A stretch of DNA of 64,000 nt from Nitrospinales bacterium. GTDB lineage: Bacteria; Nitrospinota; Nitrospinia; Nitrospinales; VA-1. The position numbers and the translations under genes are program-made. Position 1 is the stretch's first letter, and each line of letters opens with the position of its first letter. The stretch covers positions 416,001-480,000 of the forward strand of contig CBDCXL010000002.1 of NCBI GenBank assembly GCA_965223795.1. Reading direction: 5' to 3'. The notes under the pieces are model-generated. The model was not told where the DNA came from, did not search any database, and worked only from the letters and a program-made list of their open reading frames with translations. Positions 9,099-19,301 of the stretch are shown piece after piece.

Positions 9099-11382
9099 GC
9101 CGTACTCCCCCCCTTCCGAAGAACACCTCCGCAGGAAAAAAAAGCGAACGCAAAAGACGATCGCCGCGATCCTCATCTCGCTGGTGGGGCTCACGGCCGT
9201 CGAGAACTATTTTCTGCAGCAGGGGACCAGCGCCCCCATCGCCAACAACATCGCCGTCCTGGCGCTGTTCAACATCATTCTCATCCTGCTGTTTCTGCTG
9301 ATCGTCCTGATCGCCCGCAACCTGGTCCAGCTTTACAACGAACGTAAAAGCAAAATCATCGGGTCCAAGTTCCAGACCAAACTGATCATCGCGTTTTTAA
9401 TCCTGGCGCTGGTGCCCTCGATCCTGCTGTTCACCATAGCGAGCAAGCTGTTCACCTACAGCATCGGCAACTGGTTCAGCCTGCAGGTGGAGCAAACGCT
9501 GGACCGCTCGATGGAGGTGGCGCGGGACTACTATTCCTATCTGGAAAAGGGCGCGCTCTCCAAGGTGATGCACATCGAGCGCTTCATCATCGACAACGAG
9601 CTGTATCTGCAGAAAAACCGCGACAAGCTGAAGGAGCTGGCCGAAGCCAAGGTGAGCGAGTATGAGCTGGGCGGGCTGGTGGTGTACGACAACCAGAAAG
9701 CCGAGGTGGTGTCGGTCTACAACACGGAGCTGATCCGTCAGGGCCAGAACCTCGACTTTCAGGACCTGATTCAAAAGAGCGTCGGCGGCGAACGGGTATC
9801 CGAAATCCGCTCCTCCAACCGCAACACCTTTCTCGTGGTGGTGGAGCCGCTCACCGAGTCGCACAAGGCCGACCTTTCGGTGTGGGGCTACATCGTCACG
9901 CTGACGCATGTGCCGCAGAATTCGCTCGGCCGCATCGAAGCGATCCGCAGCACCTACGAGGACTACAAGCAGCAGAGCTTCCTCAAGCTGCCGGTCAGCG
10001 CCAGCTACTACATCACCTTTCTGCTCATCACCCTGCTGATCCTGTTTTCGGCTATCTGGCTGGGGTTCTACATGGCCCGGGGCATCACCATCCCCATTCA
10101 GGAACTGGCCGAAGGAACGCGCCGGATCGCCGAGGGAGACCTGAATTTCAAGATCGGCGTGCGCGCGCAGGATGAAATCGCCATCCTGGTCAACTCGTTC
10201 AACCAGATGACGGCGGAATTGAACGAAAGCCGGCAGAGCATCCAGCAGGCGCACGAAAATCTGCAAAACTCCAACCAGGAGCTGGAGCAGCGGCGCAAGT
10301 ACATCGAGACCATCCTGGAAAACATCGGCGCCGGCGTGGTGTCGGTGGACAAGCGCGGCCACATCACCACGTTCAACAAGGCGGCCGGCAAGATCCTGGG
10401 ACTCAAGGCGCCGGATGTGTTCGGCGCCAATTACCGCGATGCGTTCACGCCTTCGCTGCTCAGGCCGATCCGCGGCATGATCCGCAAGATGAACGAGATG
10501 AGCGCCGGCGCTCTGGAGGAGCAGATCGAACTGAGGGTGGACGACAACCCGCTCACGCTGCTGGCCCGCATTCAGGAACTTCGGGATCAAAGCGGCAAGT
10601 ACCTGGGCCTGGTGATCGTGTTCGACGATCTGACGCAGATGATCAAGACGCAGAAGGTCGCCGCCTGGAAGGAAGTGGCACAGGGGATCGCGCACGAAAT
10701 CAAAAATCCGCTCACCCCCATCCAGCTCAACACGCAGCGGCTGCGCAAGAAATTCTACGAGGACAAAAAGGATTTCGACCGCGTGTTCGAGGAGAGCATC
10801 TCCATCATCTCCCAGGAAGTGGAAGGCATGAAGGAACTGCTGAACGAGTTTCTGCGGTTTTCCCGCATGCCCACGGCGAACCCCCGTCCCAGCTCGCTGC
10901 ACAAGATCATCGACGACGTTTCGATTTTGTATTCCGACCGGACCGAAAACGTGACGCTGGAAAAACTCTTCGACCCGAACATCCATCTCATGGAAATCGA
11001 CCCGGAGCAGTTCAGGCGGGTGTTCATCAACCTGTTCGAGAACGCGCTCGACGCGATGGAAGGCGAAGGCCGGATCCGCATCCGCACGCACCTCAACACC
11101 GTGGAGATGAAGGTCCGCATCGAATTTTCAGACAACGGAATCGGGATCGCGGCGGAAGACATGAACAAGCTGTTCCGCCCCTATTTCACCACCAAGAAAC
11201 GCGGCACCGGCCTGGGGCTGGCCATCGTCCACCGGATCGTCAACGACCACAACGGCACCATCCAGGTGCGGGAAAACGCGCCCAAGGGCACGCTGTTTCT
11301 CATCGACCTGCCCTACTCTCCCACCGCGATGCAGGCGGGGACGCTGGAACCCGGGACCCTGTCCAAAATCTCGACATTCTGA
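9073..11382 (+). CDS. ntrY: NtrY-like HAMP/PAS sensor histidine kinase
   Basis: TM helices, HAMP (DEIAILVNSFNQM), PAS, AAWKEVAQGIAHEIKNPLTPIQL, TTKKRGTGLGL. Confidence 0.88.
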   Translation: MSSGLLTNKPYSPPSEEHLRRKKKRTQKTIAAILISLVGLTAVENYFLQQGTSAPIANNIAVLALFNIILILLFLLIVLIARNLVQLYNERKSKIIGSKFQTKLIIAFLILALVPSILLFTIASKLFTYSIGNWFSLQVEQTLDRSMEVARDYYSYLEKGALSKVMHIERFIIDNELYLQKNRDKLKELAEAKVSEYELGGLVVYDNQKAEVVSVYNTELIRQGQNLDFQDLIQKSVGGERVSEIRSSNRNTFLVVVEPLTESHKADLSVWGYIVTLTHVPQNSLGRIEAIRSTYEDYKQQSFLKLPVSASYYITFLLITLLILFSAIWLGFYMARGITIPIQELAEGTRRIAEGDLNFKIGVRAQDEIAILVNSFNQMTAELNESRQSIQQAHENLQNSNQELEQRRKYIETILENIGAGVVSVDKRGHITTFNKAAGKILGLKAPDVFGANYRDAFTPSLLRPIRGMIRKMNEMSAGALEEQIELRVDDNPLTLLARIQELRDQSGKYLGLVIVFDDLTQMIKTQKVAAWKEVAQGIAHEIKNPLTPIQLNTQRLRKKFYEDKKDFDRVFEESISIISQEVEGMKELLNEFLRFSRMPTANPRPSSLHKIIDDVSILYSDRTENVTLEKLFDPNIHLMEIDPEQFRRVFINLFENALDAMEGEGRIRIRTHLNTVEMKVRIEFSDNGIGIAAEDMNKLFRPYFTTKKRGTGLGLAIVHRIVNDHNGTIQVRENAPKGTLFLIDLPYSPTAMQAGTLEPGTLSKISTF

Positions 11383-11509
11383 GGCTTTCCGCGGCCTTTG
11401 CCGCAAGGCGTTTTTGGTTTAAAATGGGGACCGTTCCCAATCGGAAACCTGATCGCCGAACCAGGCCGCCTGAACGGACCGGCGGCGGATTTAAAAAAAT
11501 TCTAACGAC

Positions 11510-11758
11510 ATGAAAAATCCCCTGTCCATTCCGCTGGACCCGAATCTGTTCGACCGCCTCAAAGCCCATTGCGGCGAAGACGAAGCCGCCATGCAGGCCT
11601 TCATCGTGGAGGCCGTCGAAAAAGCGCTGGCCGGGAAAAAGGAAAAATCCGGCGAAACCAAGTCGGAACCTTCGCCGGACAAACCGGATCTGGAAGATTA
11701 TCTCAAAAAAGGCCGTTCCGGCAGCCGCTCCTACGGCGTCAAGGGACAAGGATGGTGA
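11510..11758 (+). CDS. Small hypothetical protein (possible ribbon-helix-helix N-terminus)
   Basis: 82 aa; LSIPLDPNLFDRLK...FIVEAVEKAL pattern; upstream of ALDH. Confidence 0.6.
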   Translation: MKNPLSIPLDPNLFDRLKAHCGEDEAAMQAFIVEAVEKALAGKKEKSGETKSEPSPDKPDLEDYLKKGRSGSRSYGVKGQGW

Positions 11759-11783
11759 ACCCACTGCAACGGCGGATCGACCC

Positions 11784-13211
11784 ATGACACGCATACATGA
11801 TTTTCTCATCGGCAAACAATGGCACCGCAGCGTCGAGACGGCGCCGGTGATCAACCCTCACACGCAGGAAGCCTTCGCGGAGGTCTCGCTGGCGGACGCC
11901 GGTGAAATCGAGCGCGCGATCGAGCTTGCGGAAAAGGCGTTCGCTATCTCGCGCACCCTGCCCGCCTACGTGCGCAGCCGGATCTGCGCGGACATCGCCA
12001 ATGGCATCCGCGGCCGGTTCGACGAATTCGCCCGCACGCTGGCGATGGAATCGGGCAAGCCGCTGGTGTTCGCCAAGGGCGAAATCAACCGCTCCATCTC
12101 CACCTTCACCATCGCCTCGGAAGAAGCGCTGCGCCTCAACGGCGAGGTGCTGACGCTCGACATCACCGAACCGGCGGCGGGCAAGGCGGGGCTCACCCGG
12201 CGCTTTCCCATCGGCCCGGTGGCGGGGATCAGCCCGTTCAATTTTCCGCTCAACCTGGTCGCGCACAAGGTGGCGCCGGCTCTGGCCTGCGGCAACCCCA
12301 TCGTGATCAAGCCCTCGACGACGACGCCGCTCACCGCCCTGCTGCTGGGCGAGGTGGTGCTGGAAACCGAAGCGCCCGAGGGGATGTTCAGCGTGCTGCC
12401 CTGCCGGGGGAAAAAGGCCACGCCGCTGGTGGAGGACGACCGCTTCAAGATGATCACCTTCACGGGCAGCGTCGGCGTCGGCTGGGACATCAAGCGGCGC
12501 GCCGGCAAAAAGAAGGTCGTGCTGGAACTCGGCGGCAACGCCGGGGTGATCGTGGAACCGGACGCGGACCTGGACATGGCGGCCAGGAAGGTGTGCTTCG
12601 GCGCGTTCGCCTATTCGGGCCAGGTGTGCATCTCGGTGCAGCGCTGCTACGTGCACGAAACGGTGTTCGACGGATTCAAGGACCGCCTGCTCAACGAAGT
12701 GGCGGCGCTCAAATCCGGCGACCCGCTCGATGAAACGGTGAACTTCGGCCCGATGATCGATCTGGAAAACGCGGAACGCATCGAAGACTGGACAAAGCAG
12801 GCGAAAGACGGCGGCGCCACGGTTCTGACCGGCGGCACGCGCGAGGGGACTTACTTCGCGCCGACGGTGCTCACGGGCGTCGATCCCAAGGCGGAGGTGT
12901 CCTGCAACGAGGCGTTCGGGCCGATTTTGGTGCTCGAGCCCTATTCCGATTTCGACACGGCGGTGAACTGGACCAACGATTCGGCTTACGGGCTGCAGGC
13001 GGGGGTCTTCACCAACCAGTTCGATAAAACCATGCAGGCGTTCAACCGGCTGGAGGTGGGCGGCGTCGTGGTCAACGATGTGCCGACGTTCCGGGTGGAC
13101 AACATGCCCTACGGCGGGGTCAAGAATTCCGGCTTCGGCCGCGAGGGCCTGCGTTACAGCATGCAGGAAATGACGGAAATCAAACTTCTGGTGCACAACC
13201 AGCATTTATGA
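11784..13211 (+). CDS. Aldehyde dehydrogenase family protein
   Basis: PFNFP, FTGSVGVG, LELGGN, GQVCIS catalytic Cys, EAFGP. Confidence 0.95.
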   Translation: MTRIHDFLIGKQWHRSVETAPVINPHTQEAFAEVSLADAGEIERAIELAEKAFAISRTLPAYVRSRICADIANGIRGRFDEFARTLAMESGKPLVFAKGEINRSISTFTIASEEALRLNGEVLTLDITEPAAGKAGLTRRFPIGPVAGISPFNFPLNLVAHKVAPALACGNPIVIKPSTTTPLTALLLGEVVLETEAPEGMFSVLPCRGKKATPLVEDDRFKMITFTGSVGVGWDIKRRAGKKKVVLELGGNAGVIVEPDADLDMAARKVCFGAFAYSGQVCISVQRCYVHETVFDGFKDRLLNEVAALKSGDPLDETVNFGPMIDLENAERIEDWTKQAKDGGATVLTGGTREGTYFAPTVLTGVDPKAEVSCNEAFGPILVLEPYSDFDTAVNWTNDSAYGLQAGVFTNQFDKTMQAFNRLEVGGVVVNDVPTFRVDNMPYGGVKNSGFGREGLRYSMQEMTEIKLLVHNQHL

Positions 13212-13226
13212 ACGGAGTATCGGGGA

Positions 13227-13649
13227 ATGTCTGAAAGTCAACGCTTCACCGACAACGGCGACGGGACGGTGACGGATCACAAAATGAACCTGATGTGGAA
13301 AAAAAACGATTCCTTTCAGGACATGCAGAAATGGCTCAACTGGTTCAAGGGGCAGGATTATGTGGAGATCGCCAATCTGGAGCGGTTCGCGGGGCATGAG
13401 GACTGGCGTTATCCCGACGAGGAGGAGGCCTGGAGCCTGTTCGAGCTCAACAAGCGCAACACCGACAAGTACGGCGACGACATCTACCTCGACCCGGTGT
13501 TCGCCCCCGGCAGCGCGGGCACGACCTGGACGCTCGCCGAAAAGGACTCCTCGGCTCTGGTGATTCAATACGAGGACGGGCAGAAGGTGTGGCCCTCCAA
13601 GTACGCCAACCTCAACATGGCCTACCGCATGGTGCGGCCGCTTTCCTGA
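13227..13649 (+). CDS. DUF1566 (Lcl C-terminal-like) domain protein
   Basis: RFTDNGDGTVTD...LMW...GHEDWRYP...RMVR pattern. Confidence 0.85.
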   Translation: MSESQRFTDNGDGTVTDHKMNLMWKKNDSFQDMQKWLNWFKGQDYVEIANLERFAGHEDWRYPDEEEAWSLFELNKRNTDKYGDDIYLDPVFAPGSAGTTWTLAEKDSSALVIQYEDGQKVWPSKYANLNMAYRMVRPLS

Positions 13650-13652
13650 TGT

Positions 13653-15257
13653 TCAGTCGCGCTTGATCGCCGCCGACAGGCTGGGCGGGTAGATCACGCT
13701 GACTTCGGGCGCGTCCGGGCCGATGTACTCGAACCACGGCGCCGCCTTGAAGCGGACGGTGGCGATCTGGGATTCGAATTTCTGAAACCGTTTCGGGTGC
13801 ATCCGCTGCACGCCCAGCTCCAGATTCACCACCCGGTTCGGCGGAAGCACGAGATCGGTCCCTGAGGATTGTTTGAGATCGATCGCCACCGAGCCGTTGC
13901 CGCCCTGCGTCACCATGTGGCTGCCTTCGGCCAGGGGACCGCGCATGCCGTCCATGGTGAGCCGCCAGAGGTAGCGGCTGTTGTAGCCGCGCGCGTGCGC
14001 CACCGGCAGCGCCGGGTCGAGAAACTGCAAACGGTTGTGTCCGTCCTCCCGAAAAAAATAGACGTTGGCCGGCGCCCACTTGGCGAGATTCTTCTGAAAA
14101 TTGTCGCGCCCCATGCGAAAGCAGCGCTCGTTCTTGAGCAGCTCCTTCACGGTAACCCGTTTTTCGCGGATGAGGGTCTTGCGCAGCTCCAGCGCTTCGG
14201 GTGCCTGCAGGTAGCAGCTGCCCATGCCCAGAATCGGGTCCCACTCGCGGGAAGGGTTGTCCTTGAGCACGCCGTTCAGGGCCGCGACGAGCTGCTTTTC
14301 CAGCTTCGGGTAATAGCCGCGGCTCACTTCGATCAGGACGCGCACGGCCTGTTCCCAGTTTTTACGCTCGAGCGCGTCGTTGAAATCCGCGAGCACCACT
14401 TCCTCAAACGTCCCGCCCTGCGCCTTATCCTTAAAATACTCCTTGCCCATAAACACGCGCTCTTTTAAAAACTGGTAGCGCGCGGGATGGCTGTACCTGA
14501 AATAGGGATAGTGGATGTAGGCCGCCACCGAGTTGGCGAAATCCTCCTGCAGGTTCTGCCGCGAATAGGTGGGCAGATGGCGGCGGGAAACGGGCGCGTA
14601 GTTGTCGATTTCCGGCCGGTTGAGGAACGTGTAGAGAAAATCGTCGCCCTCCTTGCCGTCGAGGGCGGGGAGGTTGAGCGTCTTGAATCCTGAGATCGCC
14701 AGCCATTCGCCGGAAAAGGAAATGAACCCGTGCGCCATGTCGAAGGCGTGGCTCATTTCGTGGTGAACGATGTTCCTGAAATCCTCGGGGTCCTCGTAGA
14801 ACAGCGGATTGTAAAATTCGATGCGCAGGTCCTGATCCTCAATGAACACTTTATAGGACTTGAGCTGACTTTTGTGGATCGTGACGTAAGTGGGCAGGGT
14901 CGCCGCCGGGATCTCGTCCGGTGCGAAACTGCCCGGCTGCGCCATGAATTCGATCAGGCGGTACAGGCCCTTGAGGCCGGGCAGCCGGTAAAATGAAGGC
15001 GGCAGCTCGGCGAAGGCGGCGTGCATGCGCTTGATCTCATCGTGAGTCCAGGCCTCGCCCAGCCCTTCCAGGTCGTATCCGTAGGCGGCCTTGAACTTGT
15101 CCTTCAGGTCCTGGATTTCCTGGGCGTAGTTGCCCTTGTACTCAAAGAATTTCCGCTTCGGTTTGGGGTCCTCGGCCGCGACCGGCGGCGGCGAAATAAA
15201 CCCAACTAAAACAATAAATAAGGTGCAGGCGGCGAAGGATCTCGAAAGCATTTTCAT
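13653..15257 (-). CDS. Exported putative zinc metallopeptidase-like protein
   Basis: Signal peptide; HEMSH (HExxH) and downstream YSRQNLQEDFAN. Confidence 0.65.
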   Translation of the reverse strand: MKMLSRSFAACTLFIVLVGFISPPPVAAEDPKPKRKFFEYKGNYAQEIQDLKDKFKAAYGYDLEGLGEAWTHDEIKRMHAAFAELPPSFYRLPGLKGLYRLIEFMAQPGSFAPDEIPAATLPTYVTIHKSQLKSYKVFIEDQDLRIEFYNPLFYEDPEDFRNIVHHEMSHAFDMAHGFISFSGEWLAISGFKTLNLPALDGKEGDDFLYTFLNRPEIDNYAPVSRRHLPTYSRQNLQEDFANSVAAYIHYPYFRYSHPARYQFLKERVFMGKEYFKDKAQGGTFEEVVLADFNDALERKNWEQAVRVLIEVSRGYYPKLEKQLVAALNGVLKDNPSREWDPILGMGSCYLQAPEALELRKTLIREKRVTVKELLKNERCFRMGRDNFQKNLAKWAPANVYFFREDGHNRLQFLDPALPVAHARGYNSRYLWRLTMDGMRGPLAEGSHMVTQGGNGSVAIDLKQSSGTDLVLPPNRVVNLELGVQRMHPKRFQKFESQIATVRFKAAPWFEYIGPDAPEVSVIYPPSLSAAIKRD

Positions 15258-15461
15258 AAAAGCCTCATCGGGCGAATGGGATATCGGAATGCTTTCAGCT
15301 TATCAGATGCGGCGGGCAAATGCGACCGAATGCGGGGGAATAGTTCGGTGTCCGGCTTGCGGATTCCGGCGGGGATTTTTTTGCGGTATCATGCACCTTC
15401 TTACCGGTTTCGACATCTAAACAGCATCATTTCGTCACTTTCAATCAAGGAGGTTTTTTCA

Positions 15462-15935
15462 ATGGCGACGCTGCCTGCAATCGATGAAAAACTGATCAAG
15501 CTGAATCCGGACTGGACGGTGGACAATGCCGCATCCACTCCGCTGGAAAAAGAAGTTTCCATAAACGATTTCAAAGGGAAACGGCTCATCGTGACGCTGC
15601 CCGGCGCGGGGGGATTCTGCAACAAGGAACTGGATCTGGTGAAAGAGAATATGGGGAAATTCAAGGAAGCGGGCGCCGATGAAGTGGTGGTCGTGGTCGG
15701 AACCGACATTCTGACCAACGCGGGCCGCGGGCTGCCGAATCTTCTGCAGGACCCGGACCAGGCCTTCGCCAAGGCCAACAAGCTCAATCTGGAAGGCGTG
15801 CGCAGCCGCTACCTGCAGCGCTCCACCATCGCCGTGGACGCAGCCGGCAATCAGGTGGCCCGCGAAGACGCCGAGCTTCTGGGCTGCCGCCCCTTGAACG
15901 CCCTGGTGGACGTGGCCAAAAAAGCGTTCGGTTGA
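15462..15935 (+). CDS. Atypical peroxiredoxin/redoxin-fold protein
   Basis: FKGKRLIVTLPGAGGFC resembles the Prx5 segment; DPDQAFAK; QRST Arg; strong aaggagg RBS. Confidence 0.65.
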   Translation: MATLPAIDEKLIKLNPDWTVDNAASTPLEKEVSINDFKGKRLIVTLPGAGGFCNKELDLVKENMGKFKEAGADEVVVVVGTDILTNAGRGLPNLLQDPDQAFAKANKLNLEGVRSRYLQRSTIAVDAAGNQVAREDAELLGCRPLNALVDVAKKAFG

Positions 15936-15948
15936 TTTTAAAACAATG

Positions 15949-15983
15949 CCTCCCTGGACCGGTTCCAGGGAGGATTTTTTTTG
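15949..15983 (+). terminator. Rho-independent terminator
   Basis: cctccctgga-ccggt-tccagggagg followed by a T-run. Confidence 0.85.
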
Positions 15984-16112
15984 CCTTGCGCCATACTGCC
16001 TGCCCCTGAAACCCCGCGCAGCCGCTTTCCCATTCCACGGCTATTAAATCCAACAATTTAAAGATAAAATAGTTACAATTTAGCGGACCATCGCAACCGG
16101 AGAGCGAGCCAC

Positions 16113-17096
16113 TTGCAAACCCGCCGCACTGAAATCCTGTCGCTGTTTTTCCTGAGTCTTGCGGTTTTCTCCCTGGCTTTCTGTGTCAGCCTGCTGGGGG
16201 ATCTGACCGGCGGCTGGAAAAACGGGTTTCTGCTTTATGTGCTTGAAACCGTGTCTCCGGAAGGGCATGTCAAAAAGACCGAGCCGGCGCATTACCAGGC
16301 CCTGTTCTTCAGCCTGTGGATCTTCTTTTTCAGCCTCATCAACCTCAAGCTGTATCTGCGCAACCCCGATGCGCCCGCCGTCCGGTTCGGGTTCACCTCG
16401 GTTCTGGCCCTGGCTGTTTTTGTTTCCTTTTTCTTCGTCCGCCCCGCTGTTCAATTCATCAACTTCAAGCCGCTGACGCAGCACTCGGCGATTTTCTACG
16501 CGGAAGACGGGGTGTTCGAAACGCTGACGGCGGTGCTGCTGTTTCTCGCCGCCATTTTGTATTTCCGCGCCGCAAGGCAGGCGTCGCGGCTGGGTCACGC
16601 GCTGCCGCTCCGGCTTTTGCTCGGATTTTTTGCACTGTTCTGCCTGTTCTTCTGCATGGAGGAGATCAGCTGGGGGCAGCGGCTGATCGGCTGGGAAACG
16701 CCTGAGTGGGCTAAATCCATCAACTCGCAGCAGGAAACCAATCTCCACAATCTGGTGAACAAGGTGGACGAAGAGGATTTTCTGCTGCGCTACCTGCAGG
16801 TGATCTTCGACCTGTTGTTCTCACTTGCGCTGCTGACGTTCGCCGGGCTGAAAAACCGGATCGCCCACCCGCCGTTGAAGGGGCTTTTGCAGCTGGAAAA
16901 ATTTTATTTTCTCGCCGTCTTCATCGCCTTTGCCAGCCTGCTGCCGCACGAGCTCAACGAAGAATTTCTGTCCCTGTTTTTTTTCATCCACAGCCTGGAT
17001 GTTTTCAAACACTATCGCACGCAGGCAAGCGCGGAAGACACGCCCGCCGATCCAGAAAATACTCTTGTGGAAGCCGAACCCGCCGAAAAATCATGA
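16113..17096 (+). CDS. Multi-pass membrane protein
   Basis: Many TM segments; EDGVFE, EEISWGQR, QETNLHN motifs; start uncertain. Confidence 0.75.
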   Translation: MQTRRTEILSLFFLSLAVFSLAFCVSLLGDLTGGWKNGFLLYVLETVSPEGHVKKTEPAHYQALFFSLWIFFFSLINLKLYLRNPDAPAVRFGFTSVLALAVFVSFFFVRPAVQFINFKPLTQHSAIFYAEDGVFETLTAVLLFLAAILYFRAARQASRLGHALPLRLLLGFFALFCLFFCMEEISWGQRLIGWETPEWAKSINSQQETNLHNLVNKVDEEDFLLRYLQVIFDLLFSLALLTFAGLKNRIAHPPLKGLLQLEKFYFLAVFIAFASLLPHELNEEFLSLFFFIHSLDVFKHYRTQASAEDTPADPENTLVEAEPAEKS

Positions 17097-18836
17097 ACGG
17101 GAATGACCGATCAGCCGGTGCGGCATGAGCACGCCCTCCCCGGTTTCCAGCCGCACGCGGAGCGCCGGATGCCGTTCGAGTATGGCTTCGCTCTGCGCCT
17201 TCGGCACGAGCAGCAGCGCCTTCGGATTTTCGAGAACCGGGCGCAGCGCGTCCCCGCCATGCAGTTCCTCGACCGGCTTGTCGACGTAATACAACAGGTC
17301 CTCATCGATCGTCCCGTAGTGATATACCGGGCTGTTGCCGATCATCGCGGCGGCCTGTTCGCCGAAGGGCTTGAGCGAAAGGTAGAGATTCAGAGCCCGG
17401 CCGCCGGGCCCGTGCGCCAGGATGAGCACGATGAGCGTCGTCGCGGCCATGACCCCCCAGGCGCGCAGCAGCCGCTTGCGGTTGAGCAGGCGGTGCAGCG
17501 TGAGGGCGATGCCGAACGCCGCGGCCGCGAGGAAGATCAAAAAGAAAGTGTGGGGAAAATGATCGCGGATGAGAAACCGCGCCACCCAGCGGTCGTTGCG
17601 GTGGATGAAACCGGCCTCCTGGATTTTGGCGTTTAGCGCTTCGGGTGAAACCCAGATCAAAAACAGAAAAACCACACCGCCGAGGGCGACGAGCACGGTG
17701 AACAGCCGCAGCGTCCAGGCGGTTCCATTGGCCGGGCCGCCCCCTGCCCTTGCCGTGCCGACCAGCGCGTGCGCGATCAGGAGGACGGCCATGGGATAGG
17801 CGGGCAGCAGATACGCTTCCCGCTTGCCGGGAAACAGCGAGAGAAACAGGATCAGCGTCGCCAGGCACACCGCCGGATACAGCCAGCGGACGTCGCGCTG
17901 TTGTTTCAAGGTCCAGATGAGCGCAACGGGCAGGAACAGGCTCCAGGGCGCGATGCCCTTGAAGATGATGCAAAAATAATAATAGAACGGTTCGTGATGG
18001 ATGGCCACGGTCTCGGTGCCGGTGGTGCGGTCGAACAGTTCGCGCCGGATCATGGCCTGAAACGCCTCGCCCCCTTCCAGCACGCCCGCCGCCAACCAGA
18101 GCACCGCCATCGCCAGCGGAACCAGGAGCAGCCGTTTCCAGGGCACCGGCGACCGGTGCAGGCGCGTGAACACAAATAAAGCAAGCAGCGGGAAAATGAG
18201 GCCCAGCGGGCCTTTGGTCAAAAGCGCCAGCCCCAGCGCCGCGGCGGCGATCCAAGAGACGGTGTTCCGTTCGCGGGCATCGGCATCCTGCGTCATCTTC
18301 CAGAAGGCGGCGAGCGCCACGGTGATGAAAAACGTGAACAGCAGATCGATGCGCGCGTTGGTGCTGAGGTAGGAAAACTGCAGCGCGGTGGCGGTCATCA
18401 CGCCCGCAATGCCGCCTGTGACCGGCGTGAACAGCCAGAACCCGAGAAGCGTGGTCAGAAACACCGTCGCCGCTCCGGCCAGCACCGAAGGCAGCCTGAG
18501 GCTGACCTCATGCACACCGCCCAACAGCTTTGAGCCTGCCAGCGCCGCCCAGTAAAACAGCGGCGGCTTGGTGCGGATGCGCGCGTCGTTGATCTTGGGA
18601 AGCCAGAGGCTGTCGCCGCGGGCCATGTGCTGCACAGGCACCCCTTCCCGCGCCTCGCGCCGCGAGAGGTCCGACTGAAACGTGCACCAGAGAAAAAACA
18701 AAAAGGCGAACCCGGCGGGCCCCCACAGCAACAGGACGCACAGGCGCGACGGTTGCGGAAGGCTTTCAGGATTGGGTTCGGATGGGTTCAAGTCAATCGG
18801 CCGCGAAGGTGAGCGAAAGACGGGCGGAAGGATCAA
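17091..18836 (-). CDS. ArnT/PMT-like (GT-C) glycosyltransferase
   Basis: KPPLFYW, RLPSVLAG, LTKGPLG, HHEPFYYY, YLLPAYP; start uncertain. Confidence 0.88.
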   Translation of the reverse strand: MILPPVFRSPSRPIDLNPSEPNPESLPQPSRLCVLLLWGPAGFAFLFFLWCTFQSDLSRREAREGVPVQHMARGDSLWLPKINDARIRTKPPLFYWAALAGSKLLGGVHEVSLRLPSVLAGAATVFLTTLLGFWLFTPVTGGIAGVMTATALQFSYLSTNARIDLLFTFFITVALAAFWKMTQDADARERNTVSWIAAAALGLALLTKGPLGLIFPLLALFVFTRLHRSPVPWKRLLLVPLAMAVLWLAAGVLEGGEAFQAMIRRELFDRTTGTETVAIHHEPFYYYFCIIFKGIAPWSLFLPVALIWTLKQQRDVRWLYPAVCLATLILFLSLFPGKREAYLLPAYPMAVLLIAHALVGTARAGGGPANGTAWTLRLFTVLVALGGVVFLFLIWVSPEALNAKIQEAGFIHRNDRWVARFLIRDHFPHTFFLIFLAAAAFGIALTLHRLLNRKRLLRAWGVMAATTLIVLILAHGPGGRALNLYLSLKPFGEQAAAMIGNSPVYHYGTIDEDLLYYVDKPVEELHGGDALRPVLENPKALLLVPKAQSEAILERHPALRVRLETGEGVLMPHRLIGHSRS

Positions 18837-18952
18837 TGACGCCCCGGCGGATTGTAGCAGAATTTCGCGGCTGTGTTAGGATGGGAGATGCAACGCGCTG
18901 CGGAAAATCAGGCGTGGCTGCGTGTGGTGTGAATTCAGTTGAGATGCGAAGT

Positions 18953-19291
18953 ATGAAAACGATCGAATCGCGGGAATCGAAACAGAAATATTTTTTCCAT
19001 CCTTACAGCGGCATGCTGATCATCGGGCTGGACTGGCTGTTCTTCGGCGTGTCGACGCTGAGCCTGGGACTCAGCACGCCGGTGAGCTGTGTGCTCGCTT
19101 TCTTCGCCACGTTCTTCGGCGTGACCTCCATCCAGAAAACCCGGGCGGGCGACTCCGCGCCCGTCGCGATGGCCAAGGGTTTCGTGGGCGGCCTGTTTGC
19201 GGGCATCCCGACGGCCATCTCCGGCACCGCCCTGGGTGCGCTGATCCTCGCGCTGTCCGGCATCGGCTCAAAGCAGAACGCCTCGCGCTGA
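18953..19291 (+). CDS. Small membrane protein
   Basis: FFHPYSG...DWLFFG...GIPTAISGT hydrophobic ORF with host-like codon usage. Confidence 0.65.
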   Translation: MKTIESRESKQKYFFHPYSGMLIIGLDWLFFGVSTLSLGLSTPVSCVLAFFATFFGVTSIQKTRAGDSAPVAMAKGFVGGLFAGIPTAISGTALGALILALSGIGSKQNASR

Positions 19292-19301
19292 ACCTGAACG
19301 T

